64,000 bases of DNA from Leidyana gryllorum EB-2025a (Eukaryota > Protista > Apicomplexa). Location of the stretch: NCBI GenBank assembly GCA_048772705.1, contig JBLWGC010000126.1, positions 84,490 to 148,489 of the forward strand, read 5' to 3'. The position numbers and the translations under genes were made by a program. The notes under the pieces are model-generated. The model had not been told where the DNA came from, did no database searches, and worked only from the letters and a program-made list of their open reading frames with translations. Positions 1-13,186 of the stretch are shown piece by piece (within the stretch, counting starts at the first letter, position 1; each line of letters begins with the position of its first letter).

Positions 1-330
1 GCACCTCCCAGGTGGTTTGAAGATGCGCTGGCAACACAACGTCCATTGGAGCCATTTGACCTTGTTGAACCTTCGAATAAGCAACGCCATTTGCCGAAAG
101 GGATGCGGTTGAGGCCTCCCACCCAGCTGTCGCAATCCCCCCGTTTCCAAAGGCTGGCGTTACAGAGAGAGTCTGAGCGACTCCGACAGCCAAAGCTTCC
201 AGGAAAAGAGGAGCTTCTGTGGCTGGAAGCACTGACCGTGCTCGATTGTACCGAATTGCTCCCATACCGCGCAAAAAAAACTATACTACGAGATGTCGCC
301 ATGGGGCAGGTGTTGAGTAGAGGGAGATAG
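1..330 (+). CDS. 3' end of a hypothetical protein entering from upstream of the window
   Basis: Frame is open from base 1 to TAG at 328-330; no recognisable motif. Confidence 0.5.
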   Translation, partial: APPRWFEDALATQRPLEPFDLVEPSNKQRHLPKGMRLRPPTQLSQSPRFQRLALQRESERLRQPKLPGKEELLWLEALTVLDCTELLPYRAKKTILRDVAMGQVLSRGR

Positions 331-419
331 AATTAGAGGGTATGGACGACCATTAGACAGCAATTACCCAGTAGTGAACATATCTCCTCCATGTTACGGA
401 AAAAAGACAAGCATAGCCT

Positions 420-3400
420 ATGGCACACAGACGTGCTGTCGATAATGATGAGGCCGAGCGGAGCAAATTACTGAGTGCTGAACAGCCCCCACCGTCATCA
501 AGTAAACGCAAGAGGTCCAAAACAGTCCCCGCTTCTCCCGCTGCCAACTCAAATGCAGACAGCACTCCGACGCCAGGCCATTTGTCATCGTCACAAATTC
601 CCCTACAGAGCGATGTTGGTCAACAGAAGGTCAAACATCGTCAGACGGAACTCAAGGCACAAGTACAAAGAGCTCGCTTCGAGTAAGCTTCCCACCCCCA
701 GTTTATGGGCGGATGTCTGCGACCCAGTGCTTCCCAGTAGCCACCTAAGGGCTTCCCTGCAACTACTTCTTGTTGATCTCTGGGGCTGAGGGCGTCCCGT
801 TGAACGGTTGGTGGGCATATGGACCCTTTCTCGCCCAACGGAGATACAGACTGCCCCGCCTTTCCCTTTCGCTTCGTCTCTTGGCCCTCGTGTCGTTCGA
901 TCTAAGATGCTGTCTTCTCTTCTTCAGCGCCCTACGCTTACGGCGTCGGTGTTTGAGCACCGTGGGCATTTTCACCTTGTTGTCGTATCACAAGGCTGAG
1001 CACCAGTTGTTAGATAGTACCCCACAGCCCACGCGGGAAGCCTTGTTTCTGGTCTTCTTCCATCATTTGGTGATGCAAGTGGACTTGCTGGCGCGTCTTC
1101 TGGACGCGAACGGTTCGAGCTCTGCGGCCGCGCAGAGCCCCGCAGCCCCAACGATTCCGACCTTAAGCATTGGTGAGCGGCTACACTCTTGCAGACTCCT
1201 AAGCTCTCTGCAGATCCGCAACTGAAAGAAATTGAGATGGCCAGTGGACCTTCTGGAGCCCCTCCCACTGGACGGACTACGTTCGCGGGACCCATCTCAG
1301 ACGCCTCGCGCTCTCGCAGGAAGGAATCCAGTCCCTTACGTCGCCAAATAAGTCAACAATCTTCTGATCACGAAGATAACAAGAAATCGTCAAGTAGCAG
1401 TGAAGATCTAAATCTGCGCCGAGTAGTCCGCTGGGCGAGAGAGACGGCTCGGACTTATCTGTTGGCTCTCAAATTGGACCAATCACAGCCAGCACAAAGA
1501 TTGGTGAGGTATCTAGAAGCTCATGTAATGCGATTGAGAGCTGATGCTTGTCCCGAGTTGAACGTGGCCTCCACCGGAGCGTCAGAATCTGCCAGCAAAC
1601 GAAGCAGCAAAGGTTTCAAATCCAGGAATAAACGAATTCAATCTGATCTGTCAAAGGTTCACCCACTCGTCTTCAACCCGCAACCGCCCAAACGACATTT
1701 GGTCACTGTCACTCAACTGGTAGAGGAATATATCATGAGGCGGATTCTAGATCCTACACCCATTAACGCAATCAGCAAGCCACAAGCCTCGAAATCAGGA
1801 ATGTTGGGTTCGTTGATGAACCGGGCACAATCCTTGCGGCGAACCACTCCTCCTGAGGAACTCTCCTTCCTCGATGCTTTGTCGGCGGAACAACTGGAAC
1901 TGTTGACAAGCGAACAGGCGTTACGTCGTGATTACCCCACACATAATGTATTGTGTTTGAGTGACATCGCTGAACGCCTCAGTCACTTACCGACAATGTT
2001 ACTCAACCAGCTCCTGCTGGTCGGTGGTCTCACGCCAGCTTCCACCACTTCCGCTCACCCGCCGCTTGTATCACCCCCTCCGCCAGCGACCGAACTAATA
2101 ATCGAACGGTCTGAGAGCGCGTGTACCCAGGTTCAATCAGCCCCTCCAATGGAGCGCTCCGCGCCCTCGGGAGACATTGAAGATGATCCCCTCGGACTCA
2201 TCAGCGCTCCCTTCGACAACAACCTCATTAATTGGGCCTTTGGAGACCCCCAGAGTTCCGACGGAGAGATGGCTACGCCACCCTTCCAAGACGCTCTATC
2301 CGCCGAGGTGGAAGCCCTCACAACGCCTCAAGCCTCCCCTCCTCGCGATAGCCCTCCTCCTGTGACTCCTATCCCAGTCACAGCGCCGGAACCTCATGAA
2401 ATACCACCTATTTCTGGCCAGGAATCGACTATCCGCTCGATATTTGAGCTATTTCCTCTCCACACGCTTCTATTCTGGGAATCAATGTATACATTGCTAC
2501 TCAGCGGGCACTGGGACGTTATGGTTCAGGAGACCTGCAAGCAGTAAGTCCACCTCAACAGCAGCAGTCAACTCTATGCTTGTTAATGTATGCAGATTCG
2601 CTCTCTCTTTGGACATCGCGCCCGAATTATTTGATCTCTTGATGGCCTATACTGCCGAGGCGGTATCTGAAGCGGTTGAGCGTTCTAGCGCATCAGCCCA
2701 GTCTTCCTCCACCACTGCTGCGGCGGATTCAACCAGCGAAACCCGCAGTTTGGCCACCACCAGTACTAAAACTCTCAGAGGCAAAGCGAGCAGCGCTGCG
2801 AATCGCGGAAGAATCCTAAAGATTGCCGGAATGGCCATTGGAGTCGGCGCGCTGTCTGCTTTGACCGCCGGAATCGCTGCTCCGGCTTTCGCTGCCGGTG
2901 TTGGCGCTCTGGGAATCGCTGGAACGAGTGGCTTCGGTGAGTGCTTTCAGATTGTCCCCATCTCAAGACTCGTTTCTCAGCTACCTTCCTTGGAACGGCA
3001 GGAGGTTCAGCTGCCCTGGCTTCTTTGTTCGGGGCTGGAAGTGCCAGTTTGTCAGGCTGGAAGTACAGTCGTCGCCTAGCGGACATCAAAACGTTTGAGT
3101 TCCACAGTTTGAGCTCGCAATATGTCGTGGATGCTGTAGCTACCTATATATCCGAAGTGATGGATCTGTCTCTCTCTCGTGGCAGTGGGGCCTTCCAAGG
3201 CCCGGTACTCGGTCTGTCGCTGTGCTCCGAAGAAAACAGGAGTCGCAAGAATAAACCCCCTTTCCAACTTGTCATCGGGATCAGCGGTTGGCTGAACACT
3301 GAAGAAGATGCAACCAGACCTTGGCGATGTATATCAGACGCGCTAGGCAGTGAACTGTTTGCGCTGAAGTGGGAACCACACCTCTTGACGGCATTGGGAG

Positions 3401-4244
3401 CTATGATTGTCCGGATTGTTGGGGAGGTAATCTACATGTTTATGATCTAATCTATCGATACACACGTGTGTCTTCAGCAATTTGCGTCGACGGCAGCGTC
3501 ATTAACTATCCAAATGACGATGACAGCCGGCACCGGGATCATCCTGTGGCCTGTCAGTTTGATGCAGTACGCAGGACAACTGGACAATACTTGGATGACT
3601 TGCCGGGAGCGGGCTCAACAGGCCGGGATTTTGTTGGCCGCAGCCCTCAGTGACAAGACTCTCGTCGGTCATCGACCAGTGACACTGATTGGGTATTCGA
3701 TGGGTTCTAGAGTGATTAGTTTTGCCCTTCGGGAACTATATAAGCGCGGCGAGTTCAATCGGGTGCAGCACGCCATCCTAATGGGCCTGCCTGGTGGGAA
3801 AAGCAAGGATAACTGGAAGCAGAAGAGGGCAGTCGTGTCGGGTATGGTGAACGATTGGCAAATGCGATTTCGAATATATTGCCCAACTTTCAGGTCGACT
3901 GGTTAATATATATTGCACAAGTGACTGGATTCTGGCTCTGCTGTATCGGTTCATGGAGTGGGGAGTTCAGGTGTGTCATAAAGGCTGCTGGCCCGTGTGT
4001 TGAAATCGTGTTATCAGGTGGCGGGGTTGTCAGCGGTGGAAGGAGTTCCAGGAGTTGAGAATTATGATGCTACCGGACTCGTCATGTGAGTGTGATCGTG
4101 ATGGTTATTGTGGACGTCGTGTCTGATAGGTCACACAACGATTACGAGAAGCGTGTTCCGGAATTGTTGTCTTATATAGGTTTTCACTCATCTTTCGTTG
4201 AATCAGAGGCGAATAGAAGATCGACGAAAAGACACAAGGGGTAG
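420..4244 (+). CDS. DUF726 / TMCO4-like alpha/beta-hydrolase-fold membrane protein, multi-exon
   Basis: Gly/Ala-rich hydrophobic segment AIGVGALSALTAGIAAPAF, then IGISGWL, LKWE, RAQQAGILLA and RPVTLIGYSMGSRVI (GxSxG). Exons join through short GT-AG introns, ending ...SHNDYEKRVPELL...KRHKG* at 4244. Linkage of the 420-1170 exons is uncertain. Confidence 0.8.
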
Positions 4245-4256
4245 GAGTTGTTCAGT

Positions 4257-5444
4257 TTACAAAGCTGAAGATACCCGGAGATTGAAGAACGCTGCAGTCC
4301 CATTGGCAACGACCAAGCTGACGGGAGAAGGCGTGAGAGTCAGTGCGGGTAGAGCGGCCTGCATGACTTCGCGACCGAGGACCTTGACTGGGGAAGCGAA
4401 AGAAGAAGGGATAAAATGTGACTTCACGCAGTGTATGTCTTACCTATCAATGACCCTTCTGGTCCACTAAAACTGACGCTCAATTCCATCACAAAGTTGG
4501 GCGCACAGGCCACGACCGACTGTTCACCGATCGTTGTTGGTGTCGCGCTTGCTGTAGGAGAATTATATGACTGATTCGAGCGAGACTTCTCACCTGTGCG
4601 TTGCGATTGTATTATAACGCGTCCGTCAGAGGCCAGCAGTGCCATGGTGATGAGGCCCTCGACTTCGAAAGCGAACCCAGCGGCGCTGTTCCCCTGCATT
4701 ACCCTACAATACATATATATGCGTGTGTCACCCAGTTTCGGTTGGGTCCTTACACTTGACTTGTGATATCGACCGCATTGCAGGTGATCTTCAGCGGCAG
4801 GAAGGTCCCTCGGGTCCCTCCGATGCCCACCAGACGTTCTCCAGTTAACGCTCGCTGAACGTACCAGTCGTTCGCGTTTTGACGGACCAGTCTACAGTAG
4901 AGAGAGGAGGTTAAAGTGGGAGTGGGTGTGGAGAGAGAGACGGGATGTTCATGATTTGGCGACCACCAGAGATTGACAGAGTGCTTTGTTCTCTTACATT
5001 GCTGGATCAGTGTCGGGCAATCGGCAAGCTTTCTCGATTATTTCCGTGGTATCAGTTGTGTTTGCCAACTGTTGGTCTAACATAGCCTGAAGTTCCTCTT
5101 CGGTTGAGGCTGACTGTTCGGCTAGTGATCTATTGTTGACGTATATCTGATATTCATCCTTAGTGCTGAGAGATTTGGTTGGGGGGCGTTCATAATCATG
5201 TTGTGTATCTGTTTGAAGATTGGGAATCATTGGAACCTGTGTGAGACCTTTAGTGTTGCAGGAGGACGAAAGTGCTTACTTGCCAGTAGGCTGAATTTGT
5301 TCCTGGCATTTTTGATCCCGCATTGCCATACGCTTGACATTTGACCCCTTGACACTCAGTTCGAGTAGTTCGTGTTCCCAGTGGTAGTCTAACTGCCTCA
5401 ACAACAATGACTAGAGTCACCAAGCGCAAATAAGTTCCCAGCAT
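4257..5444 (-). CDS. Hypothetical secreted protein, multi-exon
   Basis: Signal-peptide-like N-terminus MLGTYLRLVTLVIVVEAVR. ORFs 5250-5444, 4994-5230 and 4424-4714 can be linked by GT-AG introns; the last exon ends FFNLRVSSAL*. Confidence 0.55.
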
Positions 5445-5461
5445 GTTTGCTGGAAAAACAG

Positions 5462-6307
5462 ATGCTGCCGCCGTATGTAGGGAGAACAGAGTTCACACGA
5501 CGCATATTTGCCCCAAGACTGATTGATTGGGATGGAGCACTGCTGCAAATACACTTGGCACTGACACGTCCACATCGACTTGGTCAGTTGGCCGTTCACC
5601 GACTCCACACACATGGAAGACTCGCACGAGACGATCCAGGGGTGTTTATACTGTTGTGCCTCTTCAGCGCAATCTCGGGTTTGGCCTATGGATGTGCGTT
5701 TGTGGCATCGCACACTGCTGTTCTCCGATTTCCCCTATTCTCTACTCTCATTTGGGGGTTCCTGGTATACCCCTTCATTTTGTTGGGCCTAATGTGCTTG
5801 GCAATGTCCACAGCTCTGTTCTACGGACTGCGGCGATTCGCGCTGGTGGGTAGAAGATCAATCACCGTGGCATTAAGTCGAAGTTTGGCCCCAATTGCTC
5901 CTCCGGCCACCATGTCAGCCGTTGGTAACGATAAAACTGTCGGCTGGATGTACGCCTTCGATCTCATATGTAATGCCTCAATCCCGGGGCTTTTGGTTCT
6001 CTTCTTAGTTCAGTACTTCTTCTTACCCCTCATACTTCTACATCCACGATCGACGGCCGGAGCAGTCCTTTTGTGCTCCCTGGTCAATCTCGGCCTCCAT
6101 GGGACTGCTGCTGTCGCCTTTGTCCACAACTTGGCCTGTGGGCTCTCAGTACTGCCAACCCCGCTACAGAGATCCGCTCCCCTGCTGTTCATTCCTCTGA
6201 CCCTCTGGATCGTCCTCCTCCTTCTAATGACGATCTTCCGGGTCAATTTATCGATGATCATTCTCCGGACTGTGTTCGGCTTCCTCTTTGTCTCCCCCAG
6301 TCTCTAA
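5462..6307 (+). CDS. UNC50: UNC-50 / Gmh1 family Golgi membrane protein
   Basis: Signature ARDDP followed by several TM helices and WMYAFDLICNA; intronless. Confidence 0.85.
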   Translation: MLPPYVGRTEFTRRIFAPRLIDWDGALLQIHLALTRPHRLGQLAVHRLHTHGRLARDDPGVFILLCLFSAISGLAYGCAFVASHTAVLRFPLFSTLIWGFLVYPFILLGLMCLAMSTALFYGLRRFALVGRRSITVALSRSLAPIAPPATMSAVGNDKTVGWMYAFDLICNASIPGLLVLFLVQYFFLPLILLHPRSTAGAVLLCSLVNLGLHGTAAVAFVHNLACGLSVLPTPLQRSAPLLFIPLTLWIVLLLLMTIFRVNLSMIILRTVFGFLFVSPSL

Positions 6308-7876
6308 GTTGGCCGAGATATGGGAACCGTCAACCTCCGCAATTCGATCTTCAAACCGCGTTGTTTCCGAACCAGTTTGGCGACGTCCCGAAGCTCACCC
6401 TCCTGAAATCAAAAGTATGTCAGAAGTACTCATTCGTGGCTAAAATGGGGAGCGATGCGAGAATGAAGAGAGGACACCCGCGTGGCTGGCTGGCTGGCTG
6501 GCTCGCTTGGTGTGTAAGCAGACGCTGTTGGTGTCAAGTTCACGCTCATTAGCGCTCGGAGCTTTCATACAGCGGAGGATCATATCACTGCCAAACTCAC
6601 CTCAGTTGGTAGGGTGCCATAATTGATCATGTGTCTGTCATATGCGCGCTTGATAGCCAAATTGACTTCATCGAGCTGTTGCTGAAGCCGTCTGATCTTG
6701 GCATCTTTGCGTTCAATGCTACGCATTCTGACCGCCGCTTGAACCGTCTGAGGATTTTCTTCGAGTCCCGCTCTAATGTAACTTGACAGGGATTCAGATC
6801 TCTGGTTTCCAAGTTTGGTGCGGAAAAAGGCGTCTTGAAAAGCTCACCTCTCTCGAGTTTTTGTTCTGAAGCTGTGGAGACGGAGATGAAGGTCGTTGCT
6901 CCGTACGCCGGCCGGCCCGAGCCCGCAGAATGGTTGGAGACTCCATCTGATGCTGATGGGACTCGCTGTCAGAGTCAGAAGCTGCCATGGTGGCTCGAAT
7001 GAGATGGCTGGAGACGCTCGCTGTGGTGTTGGTGACATCGGAGGGAGGTGCTGAGGGTTGGGTGGAGGATGCTTTAGCGACAAACTGATGATCACTACTC
7101 GTGTTAGTAGTCTCTGCTGGGGCGGATCTGGGAGAGTCGACAGCGACAGCCGAGGTTGTAGTATTAGGGTACAGAATGGTAGTGTTGGCTGGCTGAGGGT
7201 GGTGTCTATTGGTGACGGAAGTTGTTCTGGAAGGGCTTCTGGCAATGCTATTGTCCTTGAGAGCCTCAAACAGCATCTCCAATACTTTTCTGTTGCTATT
7301 GCGTTCCGTGGCTAGATCCTCCTCAAGTTTGGCAACTTGCTTGGCTAAAGTTCTCTCGTGCCGTTCGCTCTCTCTCAGCCGCCGTGTCATTGCCAACAGT
7401 TCTCGTCGTGCTTGCTTAAGCAATTTCTCGTGATTCGTACCCGTGTTGTTTGAGTGTCTAACAGATGGGCCAATTTCTGGGGCAGAAATCGGCCACGGAG
7501 AGGGCATCTGGTGGAGTGGGTGATTCGGAGACTGATGGTGTGGTGGTGAGGATGGTACACGAGGGTCTGGACGGATCTCAAGTGGTCTAGCAGGGTTCAT
7601 CAGAGGCACAGCTGCTGCTGGCACCTCTAAAGGCCGTAGTTGGTAGTTAGGCCACGAGAACTCAGGCACTGGGGGGTGCCTCAGCTTCTCCAGTTCTTCT
7701 CGCTCCTGCCTGCCAAGCGCAACCGCGCCTGAGAACAACTTGACAGCATCCTCCACGCGCCGTAGCTCTTTGAACTCTTGTATAAGCCCCCTACGCCGCC
7801 TAGCTCTGCTCCTAACCTCCGCTAACGAGTCATCGTCAGAAGAAGTTGAAGAAGGCAGACTCGAGGACGTTGACAT
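6304..7876 (-). CDS. Hypothetical low-complexity / coiled-coil protein, 3 exons
   Basis: Long exon with coiled coil (LLKQARRELLAMTRRLRESE), gtgagc intron near 6848, exon RSESLSS...LPTE, gtgagt intron, last exon EGELRDV...SRPT* with its stop at 6304-6306. Confidence 0.6.
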
Positions 7877-7935
7877 ACCGGGTGAAGGTGCACTAGAGCA
7901 CACGACGAAAAGGGGTGTTTTGAGGGACTTTTCGA

Positions 7936-9127
7936 ATGGCAGGGCAGCGCCACATATGCCCCCGAGCCACGACTATTGAGGAAGCTTTCGGAATATTGTC
8001 CGTAATATGGGTCAGCTCACTAATTCGCACCAACACTATCCATGCACAGGTTTGGCTCTTGATGGGGTCCGTGAACTGGCTGACTTTGATTTACTACTTT
8101 GGCCACCCTAACACTAAAACAGGAACGGGCAGTTGGTACTATCATCTGCTTGCCAGTGAGCAACTTGTCGTCTAAACCCCTCTGACATCTCTATTCAGAC
8201 ACCAACGGCTTCATCACCGCCTTCTGCTTGATTCTGTTCGAGACTATTCATGGTCTGGCAATCCTGTCCCATGCCGCAGCCGTCTTGGCAGATCCTGGCT
8301 CCCTACAAGCTTTCAATTGTCCGGTAATCGAAGTTCAGACTATGTTAATTCACTTCAAAATGCCACTGTGGCAGATTAAAGCACCACAAGAAGTGCTAGC
8401 CCGAACACATGGTGAACCGGAATTGCTGATCGGCTCCGACTGTGACAAGTGCGGAGGGCGTTGGAAACCACCACGAGCCCATCACTGTAATCGATGCCGA
8501 AAATGCGTTTTCCGTATGGATCATCATTGTGTCTGGATTCGTAACTGTATAGGACAAGCGAACCAGAAGTATTTCGTATTGTTTCTCATCTATGTCGGTA
8601 AGTGAACGAGAGCCCACTGACGAGTAAACACACGTGTGTTCCACTCTAAATAGTCCTGGGATCGTATTTGGATGTCGCCTTATTCTTCTCACTGTTGGTG
8701 CGCACCTGGTGGGAGGGTTCGGCGACGGTGGGGAAGTCTTTAATAGCGATCGGACTAATAGCGCTATGCCGATTTCTGGGCAACATGGCTCGCAGCAATC
8801 TGCAAGACATGCGCGATGCTTTGATGACAAACTCGACCTTGGTGGAGAGTTATCAAGGCACTCATGGATCAATGACGGACTCGCTGCGGTGGCGACTGGA
8901 AGAAGTTTTCGGTCGGAATGTTTGGGCGTGGTGGTTACCGATCCCTGCACAAGGATTATGTTTGCGTTTCGAAGGTGGGAAGGGTTGTAATGAACAGCTG
9001 TCACTTGATAAACAGAAATGGTGTGGCGCGATTGCGACAGGAGGCAACACAAGGTATGTACTTGGTCGCACGATGGATGCCACGCAGAGAAGGATTACGC
9101 TGCTGCGACTGGAAGGAATACGGCTAA
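7936..9127 (+). CDS. DHHC palmitoyl acyltransferase, multi-exon
   Basis: CDKC..KPPRAHHCNRCRKCVFRMDHHCVWIRNCIGQANQKYFVLFL, DPG motif and TxxE-like NSTLVE. A last intron at about 9054-9087 gives ...CCDWKEYG*. Confidence 0.9.
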
Positions 9128-10317
9128 CTAGTAGGGGGAGGCGACGCAGTCCACTCCGACTGGTGACTGACGGTTTCAGCAGTGGGTGGGGCATCAAGAT
9201 GCTTCTTGGACGAGGTGCAATACCGACAGACGCACCAGTCATGACAGGGATGAGCCTCGCCAACGGGTCGCTGACACTTGGAGCACGGCCCAATGTCGCG
9301 TCCCACGTTGTGAAAGACGGCACCACAGCCGCCTCGATTTAGATTGCACCTCCACCGGTCCTCATTCTTATAGAAATACATTGGCCGGCGACAATTAGGC
9401 ATCCGGCACACGGGGATAGAGCCGTCTGCAGTGAAGTGCACACGCGACTTGGGAGCAGCCTCGCTATTCACGGGCCGCGGAGTCTTTGTCTTGTTGCTGT
9501 CCTCCTTGGGATAAGCTCGTGGCGCCCGACCCCAAACCTTCTTTACTGGATTGGGTGAAGATCGCACAGGTCGCGACTGCACCAGCACGGTCCGTGCCTG
9601 ATCACCCCATGCCGCGCCTCCCGTCCAGTTTCCTGCATATGGACTCGAAGAACTGCTTGCCTTAGTAGATGGACTTGCTACCTCCGACGTTTCGTTGGCT
9701 ATAGTGAACTACAATGAGCGAGAGTGACATTTGCCAAGGATCTTACTCACTGGAGGTAGTTTTTCCCTTATAACCCGGGGCATTGCGAGGGGTTGAGATG
9801 TCCATCTCGATGGGTCTTGAGGGAAAAGGGCTTCGCGTAGGAGGTCTTTGGGGGAAATCTCGCGTTCCGCGTGGGTATTCAACGCCCTGATGAAGTCTGT
9901 CGGGGACGGTTTGTCTTCCTCCGACTCCTCTTCACTTGAATTTCGTTTGGCTTCCTCGGTTTTGTGGGCAACTTGCGATGGGGTAGTTGATGCAGGAGGC
10001 GTGGTATTCTCGAATGGAAATAATTCGGCTGGCGTCCTCGGCACATCCTCAATACACCGTACCAACGTAGAGGAAACTACCCGTCGAGGTTCCTCTTCAT
10101 TGTCTACTTCTTCGATCAGCAGGTGCGGTCCAGAAGGCATACAGGTCACATGAGCTCCAGAGGCAACATGCAGATCCAGCGTCCATTCCACCACACCATC
10201 GTTGCCGGTTTGAGTCAACCTGAGTCTCTTCTTCGGTTGCCCGGTGGCCGGTGCCGCTGTATATGGGGTAAATGAAGAGGAGCTTGTCGTGGTTGACGAA
10301 TTTGATGACGATGCCAT
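9124..10317 (-). CDS. Hypothetical protein with C-terminal Cys-rich putative zinc-binding region, 2 exons
   Basis: ORF 9709-10323 spliced (gtgagt...ttgtag) into ORF 9124-9588; C-terminus contains CRMPNC...CNLNRGGC...CSKC...HPCHDWCVCRYC. Confidence 0.6.
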
Positions 10318-11223
10318 GGTCAATCAGTCATTGAAGGGTAAACTTCTAAGCTTTTTCTGGCCGACAAGCAGTCTTGAGATCAAAAAGTAGAATCTTTAAA
10401 GGTCCCACCCTTAACCGTTGTCAGGCTTCAATCCCACCATCCTGCTGCCGGTCTTATACCCTGCCCAATCAGCCCTACCCTCCCCTCTACCTCCCCTAGC
10501 TGCTCACAAACACCTGGCCTCTTGCTCTCAAATTTTCAGCAGCTCCTCGGGAAATCTACATCCAGTTCGTCGGGGGTGCTGATACCGTCCATTGCACTTG
10601 TGCTTGCCAACGAAACACGAAAATGCACATTCCAAACACAACTTGTGTTCGGGAGCGAAACAGACTGATCGTCCCCAGATCGGCGTATGACACCCTCCGA
10701 TAACTGCCCTGGACTTTCAGTCAACTACATGTCGTCGGAAAACAGCACTGGGTGGTCTTCCTTGCGTCAATGTCATGACCTCGACCAAATCCGCGTCAAG
10801 TGTGTGTAGAATGGATATGTTCGAAAACTTTAGATATTTGGCCAAAAGACTAACGGCAATCCCTAAACGGGTCAGCCAGCAAACGGAACGGACATGTGTT
10901 GGTACTCAGTGTGTGCTATGTGTGTGCAGAAAGCATTGGTTGGATGGGTGAGGATTGTCTTTCTCAAGTCCACTGCCATTGCGATGATAACCCGACGACC
11001 AGATAAGCAGCGCAGGTATTTTGGCAGAAGAATGAGTCCCACTGTCTGTGTCCTGGAGTCTTTAACATCAAATTGAGACGTCAGGGCTAAATAATTCTAT
11101 AGCCTCGCCATTTCATCTGGCATCCTGAAGTCGTCTTCCTCTTAAGATATACATAGTCAGTCTCTTACTTTCCCAATGACTGAAAAGGGGCTCAATATAC
11201 TTTGCTGCCTGATGAAAGGCGGT

Positions 11224-13040
11224 TCAATAAATACGCGCTGGAACATTAATAACAGCCTTATTGTTCTCAGCAAGGGAGTCGCTACTGCAGTCCACCCAAT
11301 CGTCTCTGGAAGTCAATTGAGAGGAGTGGTCTGAGCTTCTGTCAGTATGCATATGATCCCAACTGTGTGTGTGACACATTGTGTTGACGTTTGCATACCA
11401 ATGGCCGGTTGCAACGGGTAAGGGGGGTGGCGGCGCCAACTTATCCGCTGCATAAGGCTCACATTCCACCAGAGGCAAGGCAGAAACGGGAGCCCATTGA
11501 TTCAACCACATTAGTCCGCGCTCTTGAAGGTTCCGGTGAAACCACTGGTGGCTGATATCAAGTTGGCCGACTTGATAGCGGCCCGCCAAGTGAGTTTTGA
11601 GTTGGGATGGGAGTGATGCCCGGAGTCGCGAGTACCACTTTACAAAAGTTTGGAGGCGGGCAGGAGTGAGGCGGCCGATCGGTTCCCCTGTTTGTCGGGA
11701 ATCCTTCAAAATGGTGACGTAATGCCTTGTGAAGGGATTGTATACTAGGTTCGGGGTTACTGCGAGCTGCGGGTTCAACTTCAAGGTACCTATGGCAATT
11801 CGTACATCTTCCCAAGTTTCAGATTTGGGCTCGCCCAGCACCATTTCCTCGATAGCTTGATCCCATGGGTAGTGCCAACAGAGGGTGCTGAGGGGGATTA
11901 TACGCAATTTGTGGTTGTACTGTTGATGTAAGGTCCAAAAGTACTCGTAGTAGCGGTAGACCTCCCTGACGTTCCGGAAAATTGCCTCCACGAACATGAA
12001 TTGACAACCCATCACGACAGGTATACGAAATCGCGACAATTGCCAGGCCAGATTACGAGCTCCTCTGCGAACCGTCATAATCCGGAGCACAGAGCCATCA
12101 TCAGTACCCGATACTTGCCAAGGGTACCGAGCATCTGGCACATACTCCACGAAGTGGTTGACTCCTACCGATGACGACGATGCCTCAAACGCGTCCTCCT
12201 GTGCCTCCTTGACTTGGTAATACGTTTTGTCTGGAAAATCAGCCCAACGTAAGTAACGACGAAGGACCTCTCGCCAAGTGTTGAAGTCCATCTCAACGAA
12301 TTTCAGCTTGTTTGAAGATCCGAAGACGTCAAAGTCTAACCCTTGGCCAGCGATCCGACTGTTACCGCTGTCTGCAAAATACTCTTCCAGATTTGGGAGT
12401 TTGACTCCATCAACAAATCTGGATCCCAGGTCGCCAAAACACAAAATATCGTCCTTGTGCTCTTGTATCACCTCCTGAGCAATCTTATTGAGCTTTGCCG
12501 CACCACCACACTTCACAAATGTATGAATTGGACGCTCTATGTTCGACGCCCAGAGTTCCCGCCAGTCACAGGCATTACGTACGAATGCAGGTGCCATTGC
12601 GCACCGGAGACGTGGCATGATTGCATTGTTTATGCACAGATATTCTTCCGAGGAACAGGTGGTGGTGGTAATCGCTCCTTTTGCATCGTCCTCTGCCTCG
12701 GGTGGCTGTGCAAGAACTAAAGGAGCGAGATTAAGTCCTGGAGGAATGTTTGTGAAGTCTTGAGTATGATACAAACGCTTGTACATTGCAGAGTCAGATG
12801 TGATTCCGTTCCCGCCCAAGGTGTGTGCTACGGCCGCGCGCACACACGCGGGAACCACGGACATGAACAGTGCACGCACTTCCCGGATCTTTGGTTCCCA
12901 GGCTTCGAATTGAGCACTATCCCTGATAACGTCGTATGAAGCACTCAGTCCATGAATCAGGTGCGAGAATAGGGAGGGGTAGCGAAGGATGCCTTTGAAG
13001 ACGCGGAAACGGCGCCTGGGACGCCTGGTTTGAACCTTTC
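11224..13040 (-). CDS. Hypothetical protein (>550 aa), ends uncertain
   Basis: 551-aa ORF whose frame stays open upstream to about 13060. Globular, aromatic-rich composition; no family recognised. Confidence 0.6.
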
Positions 13041-13186
13041 GACCAGTCAGTTCCCTTCTAGAGGGCTACTTGAATCCACATGAAAGGACCAAGCTCATCA
13101 CTTTAGATCTTCAGATCGGCCAGGTCATCCAGTCGCTGGTGGGAGATCAGGGGTGAGGAGGACTGAGGGTAAGCTATGAAGAGGGC

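Noticed and set aside
6483-6505. (TGGC)n microsatellite
   Set aside because: Ordinary short intronic repeat.
8668-9342. DHHC CDS extending to 9342 with a 219-bp overlap of the antisense gene
   Set aside because: A canonical gtatgt...cag intron at about 9054-9087 gives a more plausible stop at 9127.
10330-11220. Additional gene in the ~900-bp gap
   Set aside because: Only short ORFs; could be 3' exons of the 11224 gene, but no consistent model could be built.
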